Shown piece by piece: positions 28,803 through 38,307 of a stretch of DNA of 64,000 nucleotides. Under the pieces are notes generated by a model. That model was given only the letters and a program-made list of their open reading frames with translations, was not told where the DNA came from and searched no databases. This DNA comes from an uncultured Acidimicrobiaceae bacterium (lineage in GTDB: Bacteria; Actinomycetota; Acidimicrobiia; Acidimicrobiales; MedAcidi-G1). The stretch spans positions 32,298 to 96,297 of the forward strand of contig CAJXGE010000002.1 of NCBI GenBank assembly GCA_913053885.1, read 5' to 3'. Numbering within the stretch: position 1 is the stretch's first letter; each line of letters opens with the position of its first letter. The translations under genes were made by a program, and so were the position numbers.

Positions 28803-29723
28803 TTGACTCGCTCTGTGGCTGTAGTTCCTGCCACTAGGCCAGAAATGTTTGAAGTCTTATGTAAAGCCGTCGAAGATGCAGGTGCTACTTTAAGTCCACC
28901 AGAAACGGCCGAAGGTTTGGTTTGGGCTGATCCTTCAGCAGCAGATCTCTTCCCTGAAATTTCAAAAAACGCCCCTCGCCTTAAATGGATTCAGTTGCCT
29001 TATGCAGGAATAGAACCATTTGCTAATTACCTAAATAGTCAGTGGACATGGAGTTGCGGGAAAGGGGTTTATGCACGTGAAGTCGCAGAGACCGCTCTTT
29101 CTTTGTCTTTAGCTGGTTTGAAGAATTTACATGGTTATGCAAGAGCAACTTCTTGGAGCGGCCCTGTCGGTCAAGTTCTAGGTGACTCAAAAGTGTGCAT
29201 CTTAGGTGCGGGCGGTATCACCCAATGCCTCTTACCTTTATTAGCTCCGTTTGGTTGTGACATCACAGTTGTTCGACGTCGTAACGAGCCAATAGATGGA
29301 GCAAACCGAACTGTCTCCACAGCCCGCCTTCTGGAAATTCTTCCCCGAACTGATCTTCTTATACTTGCCCTTTCTTTAACTAATGAAACTCGAGGGATAA
29401 TCAATAAGGAGATTCTTTCTGCGCTTCCAAATCATGCATGGATTGTTAATGTGGCCCGAGGGGGTCATATCGTTACTGATGATCTCCTGAGTGCTCTTCA
29501 AGAAGGAATAATAGGGGGAGCTGCTTTGGACGTAACCGACCCTGAACCTCTTCCGGATCATCATCCTCTTTGGAATGAACCAAGATGTTTGATTACCCCA
29601 CACATTGGCAATACACCTGAGATGGGGCTGCGAGTTCTTGGTCCTTTTATTTCTGAGAATGTTCGACGTTTTTGCAATGACGAACCTTTACTCGGTTTAG
29701 TTGACGTCAACTTAGGGTACTAA
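28803..29723 (+). CDS. D-isomer-specific 2-hydroxyacid dehydrogenase family protein
   Basis: LGAGGI, NVARGG, ALDVTDPEPL, TPHIG. Confidence 0.92.
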   Translation: MTRSVAVVPATRPEMFEVLCKAVEDAGATLSPPETAEGLVWADPSAADLFPEISKNAPRLKWIQLPYAGIEPFANYLNSQWTWSCGKGVYAREVAETALSLSLAGLKNLHGYARATSWSGPVGQVLGDSKVCILGAGGITQCLLPLLAPFGCDITVVRRRNEPIDGANRTVSTARLLEILPRTDLLILALSLTNETRGIINKEILSALPNHAWIVNVARGGHIVTDDLLSALQEGIIGGAALDVTDPEPLPDHHPLWNEPRCLITPHIGNTPEMGLRVLGPFISENVRRFCNDEPLLGLVDVNLGY

Positions 29724-29726
29724 CCA

Positions 29727-30098
29727 ATGGCAAATGTCGCTGGCTACATTCTTGGTGCGGTTTTTTTGGTAGCAGGTTTATCAAAATTACGCTCTCCCCT
29801 AGAAACTCGAAGGTCATTACGCGATCTCGGTTTTCCATTTCCAAAAGAGACAAGCATTATTCTTCCACTCGTTGAACTCTTGACTGCGATTCTTTTATTT
29901 GTTGACCCCGCCACCGGTGGGCCTTGTGCGGTCGCTCTACTAGTTGCCTTTACAGTCCTGATTCTTAGCCGTCTCGTAAATGGAAATACAAGTGGATGCG
30001 GTTGCTTTGGTGCATGGTCTACCCGTCCTTTGTCATATTGGGACGTCGTCCGAAATACTGTTTTCATAGTTCTTGGAGCAATAGCGACTCTCGGCTGA
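29727..30098 (+). CDS. MauE/DoxX family redox-associated membrane protein
   Basis: FLVAGLSKL, PLVE, CGCFG, VVRN; four hydrophobic segments. Confidence 0.88.
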   Translation: MANVAGYILGAVFLVAGLSKLRSPLETRRSLRDLGFPFPKETSIILPLVELLTAILLFVDPATGGPCAVALLVAFTVLILSRLVNGNTSGCGCFGAWSTRPLSYWDVVRNTVFIVLGAIATLG

Positions 30099-30214
30099 GA
30101 AAATTAAGTTGAAGTTTGCTAAAGCAAACACAGCGAATAGGTTGAGTTAATGCTTTCTCGCTAACGCATACTGACTACTAAGAAAAATTAAAAAGGAATA
30201 AAAGGAGTGCTCTT

Positions 30215-31837
30215 ATGGATGGCCTAATGATGGATGTCCCATTGTCGTTAATTCATTTATTCGATCGGGCAGAAAGAATCTTTCCAGAAAAAACTATTGT
30301 TACCGCCACCCCAAATGGCCGAGAAAGACTTTCATATAAAGATTGGGCTGACCGCACTCGAAGGCTCGGAACTGTATTAGACCAACTCGAAATCTCTGAC
30401 GACGGCAGAGTCGCTACCTTTGGTTGGAACACTTCTCGACATCTTGAACTATATTTTGCACCGCCTTGTAGCGGAAGAGTGGTCCATACTCTAAACATTC
30501 GACTTTTCCCCGATCAACTGTCATATATCGTTGACCATGCTGAAGATGAAGTGATTTTTCTTGACCACTCTGTTGCCGGTCTAATTTGGCCCTTGATGGA
30601 TGGATTCTCCACCGTCCGCCATGTTGTTTTGATGGATGATGGTGCTCCTGCTCCAGATAAAGATGCGATCCGAGCGGAAGTGCACGACTATGAAAATTTA
30701 ATTGAAAATGCTGAGCCCTCTGAATGGAAACGCGTTGAAGAGAACCAAGCTGGATCAATGATGTATACCTCAGGAACTACAGGCAACCCGAAAGGGGTTG
30801 TTTACTCACACCGCTCAATGGTGCTCCATACATTTGGGGCGATGATGGCAGACACTATTGGCGTTTGTGAACGTGACGTAGTTCTACCAGTAGTTCCAAT
30901 GTTCCACGCTAATGCTTGGGGATTTGCGCATGCTGCAGTTGCTACCGGGTCAACTATCGTGATGCCTGGAGCTGATCTAAGCGCACCTTCTCTTGCTGAC
31001 ATAATCGAGACAGAGAAAGTAACAGTAGCTGCAGGTGTCCCAACAATTTGGATGGGAGTCTTACCTGAATTAGAAGGAAGAGATGTTTCTGCTCTTCGAG
31101 CTATTCCGTGCGGTGGCTCGGCTGTTCCTCGGGCCCTTTCTGAGGGGTTCCGTGAAGCTACTGGATTACCCATTCTTCAGGCTTGGGGAATGACCGAAAC
31201 AAGCCCTCTAGCTGCAGTTTGTAGTATCAAATCAACACTTGATGACCTGAGTATTGACGAGAAAGCTGACCTACGCACTTCAATTGGGCTTATCTCTCCT
31301 GGGGTTGACTTCAGAATTGCCGATGCTGAAACCAATGAAGAACAGCCCTGGGATGGTGAATCGCGAGGCGAGTTACAAGTTCGAGGACCTTGGGTAGCGA
31401 AAGAATATTACAACGACGAAAGAGCGAATGAGTCTTTCACTGATGATGGATGGTTGAAGACTGGAGATGTCGCCACATGTGATCCCGAAGGATATATCAG
31501 GCTTGTAGATAGGACTAAAGACCTCATTAAGTCTGGTGGTGAATGGATCAGTTCCGTTGAATTAGAAAATGAAATTATGGCTCATCCTGATGTTGTTGAA
31601 GCTGCAGTTATTGGAGTTTCTTCAACGAAGTGGGGTGAGCGAGCAATGGCATGTGTAGTGGCCGCTGAAGGCGCTTCACTTACTGATCAGGACATTCTTG
31701 ATTGGCTTGATGGCCGAATCGTAAAATGGTGGATGCCTGATCGAGTCGAGTTCATTGAAGAGGTCCCAAAAACTTCTGTTGGAAAGTTTTCAAAGAAAAC
31801 ATTGCGTGCTCAATTTGCTGACATAGTTGTTGATTAA
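30215..31837 (+). CDS. Medium/long-chain fatty acid--CoA ligase (AlkK/DmdB-like subfamily)
   Basis: [64 protein letters not shown]; AAGGAG RBS. Confidence 0.92.
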   Translation: MDGLMMDVPLSLIHLFDRAERIFPEKTIVTATPNGRERLSYKDWADRTRRLGTVLDQLEISDDGRVATFGWNTSRHLELYFAPPCSGRVVHTLNIRLFPDQLSYIVDHAEDEVIFLDHSVAGLIWPLMDGFSTVRHVVLMDDGAPAPDKDAIRAEVHDYENLIENAEPSEWKRVEENQAGSMMYTSGTTGNPKGVVYSHRSMVLHTFGAMMADTIGVCERDVVLPVVPMFHANAWGFAHAAVATGSTIVMPGADLSAPSLADIIETEKVTVAAGVPTIWMGVLPELEGRDVSALRAIPCGGSAVPRALSEGFREATGLPILQAWGMTETSPLAAVCSIKSTLDDLSIDEKADLRTSIGLISPGVDFRIADAETNEEQPWDGESRGELQVRGPWVAKEYYNDERANESFTDDGWLKTGDVATCDPEGYIRLVDRTKDLIKSGGEWISSVELENEIMAHPDVVEAAVIGVSSTKWGERAMACVVAAEGASLTDQDILDWLDGRIVKWWMPDRVEFIEEVPKTSVGKFSKKTLRAQFADIVVD

Positions 31838-31931
31838 CTAAAAAATTGAGCATTTGATCATTGAACACAAGATGTCATTGTCTATAGAATTGTGTTAGTA
31901 ATTTAGTAGATCAAAAGTTGGGGAGACACCT

Positions 31932-32669
31932 GTGGAATTATTTAATGATTGGCTTGGACAGATGGGCGGCGGACAAGCACTTGGACGCTTTGCTCACTAT
32001 TTAGGGGGTATCACCTGGATCGGGTTGCTCTACTTCTTTAACTTCATTCAAGGAGCGGCTTTTGCTGAAATGGGTGAAGCTGCTCGCGGTGAAGCACTCA
32101 GAAAGATCACGTGGAGAACTCTGTGGTGGTTCCGTTGGGCTGCCGCCTTGACATGGGTTAGTGGTATCTGGATTCTTGGTCATCAAGAAGTGCTAAACAG
32201 CGGTGACTATTGGAGATCAGCGGCAGGTATGGGTATCGCATTTGGTGTGGTATTAGGAACAACTATGGCAGCTAACGTTTGGATGGTTATTTGGCCCGCC
32301 CAACAAATTGCCATTGGCTCATCTGTGAGTGTTTCTGAAGGCGGCGAAGCTGACCCTGAAGCTCCAGCGGCTGCTAAACGTGCAGGACGCGCCAGTCGTG
32401 TAAACACCTTGTTCTCAATCCCTCTTATTTTCTTCATGATGTGGCCAAGCCACTTTGGACCACAGTTTGGTAATCCTGAAGCAAGCACAAGAATCATAAT
32501 TTGGGCTGTGTTTGGTGTTATTTGGGTAGTCATGGAACTCTCAGCCTTAGGCAAAATAGGTGGCTATGACAACAAGATCAACCAAATCGTTTTAGAGAAA
32601 CATCAAGACACCATTAAGTGGGGTCTTGGAATCACTTTGGTTCTCTATCTTTTGTTTGAAATTTTCTAA
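31932..32669 (+). CDS. PuuD (urate hydroxylase)-like integral membrane protein without cytochrome c domain
   Basis: RFAHYLGGITWIGLLYFFNF, LWWFRWAA, GTTMAANVWMVIWPAQ, ASRVNTLFSIP. Confidence 0.75.
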   Translation: MELFNDWLGQMGGGQALGRFAHYLGGITWIGLLYFFNFIQGAAFAEMGEAARGEALRKITWRTLWWFRWAAALTWVSGIWILGHQEVLNSGDYWRSAAGMGIAFGVVLGTTMAANVWMVIWPAQQIAIGSSVSVSEGGEADPEAPAAAKRAGRASRVNTLFSIPLIFFMMWPSHFGPQFGNPEASTRIIIWAVFGVIWVVMELSALGKIGGYDNKINQIVLEKHQDTIKWGLGITLVLYLLFEIF

Positions 32670-32679
32670 GTAGTACATT

Positions 32680-32711
32680 GAAACAACCCACTTGACCAAG
32701 TGGGTTGTTTC
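32680..32711. terminator. Intrinsic terminator-like hairpin (14-bp stem, 4-nt loop)
   Basis: GAAACAACCCACTT-GACC-AAGTGGGTTGTTTC just after the stop at 32669. Confidence 0.75.
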
Positions 32712-32740
32712 GCGTATATGCAACTTATGTATTTCTTCTG

Positions 32741-33664
32741 ATGATTAATGATCAATCTGCGGTTCTAATTACCGGAGCAACTAGTGGGTTAGGAAGAAAT
32801 TCTGCTTACCTCTTAGGGGCTAGCGGACGAACCGTTGTTGTGCATGGACGAAGAGTTGAAGCCGTCCGTGAAGTTGTAGAAGAGATTCGTTCTAATGGCG
32901 GCAAGGCTTTACCGTTTGTTGCTGATTTGAGCGATCTACGGGAAGTAGATTCTGCGCTAGCCGATTTCCCGGATGTCTCTTTGCATGGAATTATGGCGAA
33001 TGCGGGAATTATTTGTCGTAGAACTGAAACTTATGGATTGAGCGCCCAAGGTTTTGACATGACATTTGCGGTTAATGTCCTTGGGCATCAATTTATATTT
33101 CTTCGTCTTGCTGAAAGAATCCTTGAAGGTGGTCGGATTGTTGTGACTACCAGTGAAGTTCATGATCCAAGAAGTCGGTTGGCTCGATTTTCCCGAGTTC
33201 CAGAACCTAAGTGGGTAGGGGTGAAGAATTTGGCTTATGCCGATCATGCACCTGCTGAATTTGGATTAACGAATGGTTTTCTACGTTATTCAACGTCAAA
33301 GCTGCTAAATATTTTCCAAGCGCGTGTTTTGCAAGAAAAATTAAGGGACATCGATGTGTTCGCTTTCAACCCGGGGTTCATGGTGGATACCAGTATCGCA
33401 CGTGAGTTGCCTCGTGTTCTTCGCCCTGTAGTACGGATTATGGGTAAAGCTGTTAGTCCTTTTTTTGAAAGTGTCCGTCTTTCTACGGATATGGCTAACA
33501 ATGTTCGAGATCTCTTTGAAAATGAGAAATGGAATGACAAAGGGTTTGCTTATGTAGATGGTGACGTTGTCGGAACTCCGTCGGAAGATGCTCTTCGCGA
33601 AGACTGGGCTCAGGAACTATGGTCTGGAACCCTAGAACTCATTGAAAAGTCTTTAGGTTCTTGA
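32741..33664 (+). CDS. SDR family oxidoreductase (retinol-dehydrogenase-like)
   Basis: ITGATSGLG, ANAG, FAVNVLGH, YSTSK, NPG; start moved to ATG 32741 downstream of the hairpin. Confidence 0.88.
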   Translation: MINDQSAVLITGATSGLGRNSAYLLGASGRTVVVHGRRVEAVREVVEEIRSNGGKALPFVADLSDLREVDSALADFPDVSLHGIMANAGIICRRTETYGLSAQGFDMTFAVNVLGHQFIFLRLAERILEGGRIVVTTSEVHDPRSRLARFSRVPEPKWVGVKNLAYADHAPAEFGLTNGFLRYSTSKLLNIFQARVLQEKLRDIDVFAFNPGFMVDTSIARELPRVLRPVVRIMGKAVSPFFESVRLSTDMANNVRDLFENEKWNDKGFAYVDGDVVGTPSEDALREDWAQELWSGTLELIEKSLGS

Positions 33665-33670
33665 CTGAAC

Positions 33671-34057
33671 TTATTCAACTAAAAGTTGAGCCTGCATTCC
33701 TGCTTCACGATGTCCAGCGATATCGCAATAAAGGATGTATCTACCGGGTTCTAAGGAGATTGATCCGGTAGCAGTTTCACCATTCTCTACTTCAAGTTCA
33801 AGGTCTGCTTCGTAACCTTCGATCAGCAGGTTGTGAGCTTGAAAGCCATCTAATATGTACTCTATTTCGATCACGCCCGGGGATGCGGTGTAACGCTCTT
33901 GGTCAAATTTCTGGGTGTCATCTGCAATGATTCGAACAACTCCGTCTGATTGCTCTGGAGTGGACTGTGATGCTGTGGTTCCACCACCACAACTACTTAA
34001 TGCAAGAATTACGATAGGGGCCAGTAATGAAAGTCGGAGTTTTATGTTTTTTTCCAT
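33671..34057 (-). CDS. Cupredoxin (plastocyanin/azurin-like) lipoprotein
   Basis: Lipobox LSSC; type-1 copper ligands AHN...YCDIAGHREAGM. Confidence 0.88.
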   Translation of the reverse strand: MEKNIKLRLSLLAPIVILALSSCGGGTTASQSTPEQSDGVVRIIADDTQKFDQERYTASPGVIEIEYILDGFQAHNLLIEGYEADLELEVENGETATGSISLEPGRYILYCDIAGHREAGMQAQLLVE

Positions 34058-34093
34058 AACTCAATTTTATCTATGGACAGGAAAGGAGACATT

Positions 34094-34963
34094 ATGAAAT
34101 GTGTCATAGCTCTTCTTTTAAACAGTTCTGCCGGGTCTGGGAGGGCGTCAAAGCATCTTGAACAAATCATGAATCGCTTTGACTTTCACGGACATTCTAT
34201 TGAAGTGCTTTCACCGAATTCTTTACAAGAAACAAAAAGGGTTGTTTCCGAATCAAACGCAGAGCGGATTATCGTCGTTGGAGGAGACGGGTCTCTCCAT
34301 TATGCCGTCAACGCAACAGCTGAAACTGAACGAATACTGGGGCTAATTCCTTTAGGCACAGGTAACGATGCCGCTAAAGCTCTGAACATCTCAAGTCAGA
34401 ACATAGAAGAATCTGTAGATCGGTGTTTAGAAGATCCGATCGCCATTGATCTGATCAAGAGTGGCTCGCAGTATTTTATAACTAGTTGCATAGCGGGGTT
34501 CCCTGCTCAGATCAATTCTCGTGCTAATTCCATGCAATTCCCAAAGGGTAAATCGCGATACACCATCGCAACGTTGGCAGAACTCAAGAAACTAGAACCC
34601 TCGCGTTACAAACTTGTCATTGACACCACTGAAATAGAGATAGACGCAATGGCCTTGACCGTTGCCAATACTCCATATTTCGGAGGTGGGATGAAAATTT
34701 GTCCAGAGGCTAACCCGTCGGACGGAATGCTTGATATCTGTGTTTTAGGTGAAGTCAGTAGAACAAAACTCCTTTATTTATTTGGAAAAATTCGTAAAGG
34801 AAATCATGTCGACGCTGTGGAAGTTTCAATGTTCCGTGCTCGCTCTGTCACGATTGAATCTCAAGGAGAACTCAGAGCAGACGGTGAACCTTTTAGAAAC
34901 CTTCCCGCCAGCATGGAAGTTGTCTCCGATGCCCTTCTGATAGCAGGTACGCGGCTAACCTGA
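34094..34963 (+). CDS. Diacylglycerol/lipid kinase family protein (YegS/Rv2252/BmrU)
   Basis: NSSAGSG, GGDGS, PLGTGND, NTPYFGGGM, ADGE; AAGGAG RBS before ATG 34094. Confidence 0.9.
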   Translation: MKCVIALLLNSSAGSGRASKHLEQIMNRFDFHGHSIEVLSPNSLQETKRVVSESNAERIIVVGGDGSLHYAVNATAETERILGLIPLGTGNDAAKALNISSQNIEESVDRCLEDPIAIDLIKSGSQYFITSCIAGFPAQINSRANSMQFPKGKSRYTIATLAELKKLEPSRYKLVIDTTEIEIDAMALTVANTPYFGGGMKICPEANPSDGMLDICVLGEVSRTKLLYLFGKIRKGNHVDAVEVSMFRARSVTIESQGELRADGEPFRNLPASMEVVSDALLIAGTRLT

Positions 34964-34967
34964 TTTT

Positions 34968-35237
34968 ATGAGTGACTATCAAATCAAAATTACCTACTGT
35001 GTGCCGTGAGATTATTCGCAGCACGCCGTGAGCGCCGCTAACGACCTTCTTTCTAATTACCAAAATGTCATTACCAACCTCTCCCTCATTGGTGGAGCCA
35101 AAGGAATTTTTGATGTTGAGGTAAACGGAAAAATCATTTATTCGAAACATGAAACTGAAAGACATGCAGAACCAGGAGAAATCTTGGCGATCTTTAAAGA
35201 TTTAGTTGGGCCAGAAACTCCAATGTTTGGAACCTAA
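34968..35237 (+). CDS. Rdx-family (SelT/SelW/SelH-like) selenoprotein, CxxU motif, 89 aa (Sec at TGA 35007-35009)
   Basis: ATG 34968 MSDYQIKITYCVP-U-DYSQHA is in frame with the tracked ORF 35028-35237, which has GGAKGIFDVEVNGKIIYSK...HAEPGEI. Confidence 0.9.
35010..35040 (+). promoter_or_regulatory. Candidate bacterial SECIS element of the Rdx gene
   Basis: AGC-A-CGC/CGTGA/GCG-CC-GCT hairpin with apical GU 19 nt after the UGA; weak stem. Confidence 0.5.
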
Positions 35238-35280
35238 AACAAGAGCATTTCTTTATGAAATATAAGATAAGATTTAATGG

Positions 35281-35316
35281 CTAAGACTTTCTCTTAGTTG
35301 GGAAAAGTTGGGAAAA
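35281..35316. promoter_or_regulatory. Inverted repeat CTAAGA-N5-TCTTAG plus tandem direct repeat (AGTTGGGAAA)x2 upstream of rubrerythrin
   Basis: Seen directly, just before the GAGGAG RBS. Confidence 0.4.
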
Positions 35317-35331
35317 TATTGAGGAGAAATC

Positions 35332-35748
35332 ATGAATCTTGCCGATAGTGAAACCCTTGAGAACCTAAAGGCTGCCTTCGCTGGCGAATCTCAAGCAAAC
35401 CGTCGTTATCTATATTTTGCAAAAGTTGCAGATGTAGAGGGATACCCAGATATCGCTGGAAATTTCCGCGATACCGCCGAAGGTGAAACTGGGCATGCAC
35501 ACGGACATCTTGACTACATCAAAACAGTTGGTGACCCTGCTACTGGTCTCCCAATAGGTGACACCATGGAGAATCTTGCGGCAGCTGTTGCTGGAGAGAC
35601 CCATGAATACACCGAGATGTATCCAGGTATGGCCAGCACTGCTCGTGATGAAGGCTTCGAAGAAATCGCAGATTGGTTTGAAACCCTTGCTAAAGCTGAA
35701 AAAGCTCACGCAGGGCGGTTCCAATCATTATTAGATGAAGTTAATTAA
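35332..35748 (+). CDS. rbr: Rubrerythrin, short type without rubredoxin domain
   Basis: [49 protein letters not shown]. Confidence 0.93.
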   Translation: MNLADSETLENLKAAFAGESQANRRYLYFAKVADVEGYPDIAGNFRDTAEGETGHAHGHLDYIKTVGDPATGLPIGDTMENLAAAVAGETHEYTEMYPGMASTARDEGFEEIADWFETLAKAEKAHAGRFQSLLDEVN

Positions 35749-35821
35749 TAACACCTAAACGGTTATTAAGAACTGCTTCCTTGTCGCTTCTAGTGGCTTT
35801 ATCTTTCGCGTCTAACGAGTT

Positions 35822-37168
35822 ATGACTGAAAATATTTCATATCAACCTACTTCAGGTATCACTTACGATCCCGAAGATGCCCTTTACTGGGATTCCGCAG
35901 CTCTAAACGCAGAAATTGAAAGAACTTTTGAGATATGCCACGGCTGCCGCATGTGTTTCAAATACTGCGATAGCTTTCCCTCACTTTTTTCTTTCATAGA
36001 CGACCGGCATGATGGGGACGTTAGAAAAATTACTGATGCAGAAACTGCTCAAGTAATGGATGAATGTTTTCAGTGCAAACTATGTGAGGTTCAGTGTCCT
36101 TATACGGTTCGGGAAAGTCATGAATTTCAGCTTGACTTTCCAAAGCTAGTTCATCGGTACAAAGCACAAAGATACAAAGTTCACGGTCCCAGTGTTCGAG
36201 ATCGAATATTGGGAGACCCGGACCGTTTAGCGCGCTTTTCTCGAGTGGCTTCAGGACTAGTGAACTCTCTTAATTCTCGAAGCCAAGTGCATCGATTTTT
36301 TCTTGACAAAGTTCTTGGAATTCATCAAAAGAAAAGACTTCCAAGATTTGCTAAAAAAACTTTCACACAATGGGCAAAGAAACAAGGGTTTATCCGTTCA
36401 GTCAAAGACGGCGAAGTGGTTATTTTCCCTACTTGTTATGTGGAGAATAATGAACCAGCTATTGGACATGACACTGTTTCCGTTCTTGAGAAAAACGGGG
36501 TTGATGTCTCTTGTGAAAGTGGACTGGAATGCTGTGGTATGCCTGCTTGGGAGGCAGGTGATTTAACAACGCTAAGAGCGAAAGCGAAGAATAATTTGAC
36601 GCGTTTGTTGCCTCATGTGAGCGAAGGAAAAAAAGTTGTAGCGATCAACCCCACTTGCTCAATGATGCTTAGGCAGGAATACCCAGAACTTGTGGAGAGT
36701 GCCGATCGTGAAGATGCAAAAGCTCTCGCTGATGCCGTAACTGATCCAAGTGAATTTCTTTGGTCAATACGGTCAGAGGAAAGATTTAATACCGATTTTA
36801 AATCAACCCCTGAAACCGTTAACTACCATTCACCTTGCCATCTGAGAGCTCAAGCAGTTGGGTTCAAGGGAAGAGATTTACTTCGAAAAATTCCAGGGGT
36901 AAAACCAATGACCACAATGGAATGTTGTGGCCATGATGGAACTTTTGCTATGAAGTCTGAGGGATTTGAAGTTTCTGTGCGGATAGGGAAAAAATCTTTT
37001 GATGGAATGGCTTCACAAGAAGCTTCTGTTTGGGCGACGGACTGTCCTCTAGCCGCCCTACAATTTGCTCAACATGCAGAAAAAGAACCTCTTCATCCGA
37101 TGACAATTTTGGCTCGTGCTTATGAAGACGACGGCTTCCCTACTCCTATTGATGAGATAAAGGATTGA
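35822..37168 (+). CDS. Rubrerythrin-associated Fe-S oxidoreductase (GlpC/HdrD-like, CCG domains)
   Basis: CHGCRMCFKYC, CFQCKLCEVQCP, CCGMP, NPTC, HSPCH, CCGHDG, TDCP. Confidence 0.9.
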   Translation: MTENISYQPTSGITYDPEDALYWDSAALNAEIERTFEICHGCRMCFKYCDSFPSLFSFIDDRHDGDVRKITDAETAQVMDECFQCKLCEVQCPYTVRESHEFQLDFPKLVHRYKAQRYKVHGPSVRDRILGDPDRLARFSRVASGLVNSLNSRSQVHRFFLDKVLGIHQKKRLPRFAKKTFTQWAKKQGFIRSVKDGEVVIFPTCYVENNEPAIGHDTVSVLEKNGVDVSCESGLECCGMPAWEAGDLTTLRAKAKNNLTRLLPHVSEGKKVVAINPTCSMMLRQEYPELVESADREDAKALADAVTDPSEFLWSIRSEERFNTDFKSTPETVNYHSPCHLRAQAVGFKGRDLLRKIPGVKPMTTMECCGHDGTFAMKSEGFEVSVRIGKKSFDGMASQEASVWATDCPLAALQFAQHAEKEPLHPMTILARAYEDDGFPTPIDEIKD

Positions 37169-37169
37169 T

Positions 37170-37745
37170 ATGAACTTAGCTCCACACCACGTCAAACGAG
37201 AAGAAATAATTGACTATCAAACTTATTCAGAGACCCGTGATGAAATAAGAAAAGAAGTAATGAGAATTAAGGCTCCTCGGAGGATCCATCTCGGCCAATA
37301 TTTGACATTTCTTTTTGAAAATCATGAAACAATCAAGTATCAAATTCAAGAAATTACGCGTGCGGAAAAAGTAGTTCGCGAATCTTCTATCCAAGAAGAA
37401 CTTGATGTCTACAACGGACTACTTGGAAACACTGGCCAACTTGGATGCGCCTTACTAATTGAAATCGCCGAGGAATCCGAGAGACGACCGTTGTTGACTT
37501 CTTGGTTAGGTTTACAAAACCATTTCTACCTTGTCTTGACTGACGGTTCTCGAGTTTATGCAGAATATGATCCTGCACAAGTCGGTGACGATCGCCTTTC
37601 TGCAGTTCAATATCTAACTTTCACCATTGACTCTCCTCCTATCGCTATTGGTTGTGATTTTGAGCAATTAAGCGAAGAAATTGCTTTATCTGATGCCCAG
37701 AAGGACGCTCTTGCGGAGGATCTTCTAGCTACGCAGGTAGGATGA
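37170..37745 (+). CDS. DUF3501 family protein
   Basis: RRIHLG, FLFENHETIKYQIQE, ELDVYN, SAVQYLTF; typical position in the rbr-RFO-DUF3501 triad. Confidence 0.88.
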   Translation: MNLAPHHVKREEIIDYQTYSETRDEIRKEVMRIKAPRRIHLGQYLTFLFENHETIKYQIQEITRAEKVVRESSIQEELDVYNGLLGNTGQLGCALLIEIAEESERRPLLTSWLGLQNHFYLVLTDGSRVYAEYDPAQVGDDRLSAVQYLTFTIDSPPIAIGCDFEQLSEEIALSDAQKDALAEDLLATQVG

Positions 37746-37806
37746 AGGGTGCGTAAGCCCAACCCTTAAAGAAACCCATTGGTTAGCCAATGGGTTCTTT
37801 TGTTTT
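37745..37806. terminator. Tandem hairpins / bidirectional terminator between convergent genes
   Basis: AAGGGT...ACCCTT, then AACCCATTGG-TTAG-CCAATGGGTT with a T-rich tail on + and an A-run upstream. Confidence 0.75.
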
Positions 37807-37809
37807 TGG

Positions 37810-38301
37810 CTAAGACAAAGAGCGAGGTTTTGCCAGTCCTTCAACTACTTCCGCATTTGTAAGCATTGAGAGACTTTCTGGCGAAAGATATATTTTTCGA
37901 CTTCGTGAACCTCCGCCTACGATCACTTTGTCGCATTCCATCACTTTGCTGTCTATCCACAACGGAAGTGTTTCTGGCAAACCGAACGGAGTTATACCCC
38001 CCAGTGTCATTCCCCCAGTGATTTCAATGGCTTCTTCCGAAGTAGCAAAGGAAGCCTTCTTTACGTTCAGCTTTTTCTTTACGACTTTATTTACATCTAT
38101 TTGAGTGGAGGCCAAAACTAAACAAACAACATATTTCTTTGGCTCACTCTTACCGGCAACCATGATTGCGTTTGCTGATTCTTCTAATTGGTAGCCATAG
38201 TGCTCACAAAAATTAACTGTGTCCGCTAAATCGGGGTCACAATCAATTATTTCGTAGCTCATTCCTGTAGAAATAATAGATTCAATTACAGGGTCAGACA
38301 T
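37810..38301 (-). CDS. YbaK/EbsC family aminoacyl-tRNA editing domain protein
   Basis: KKASFA, ITGGMTLGGITPFG, LPLWID, VGGGSRS. Confidence 0.88.
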   Translation of the reverse strand: MSDPVIESIISTGMSYEIIDCDPDLADTVNFCEHYGYQLEESANAIMVAGKSEPKKYVVCLVLASTQIDVNKVVKKKLNVKKASFATSEEAIEITGGMTLGGITPFGLPETLPLWIDSKVMECDKVIVGGGSRSRKIYLSPESLSMLTNAEVVEGLAKPRSLS

Positions 38302-38307
38302 AACGAA

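Noticed and set aside
35028-35237. Stand-alone 69-aa protein starting at GTG 35028
   Set aside because: It lacks the Rdx redox motif, which is supplied by read-through from ATG 34968
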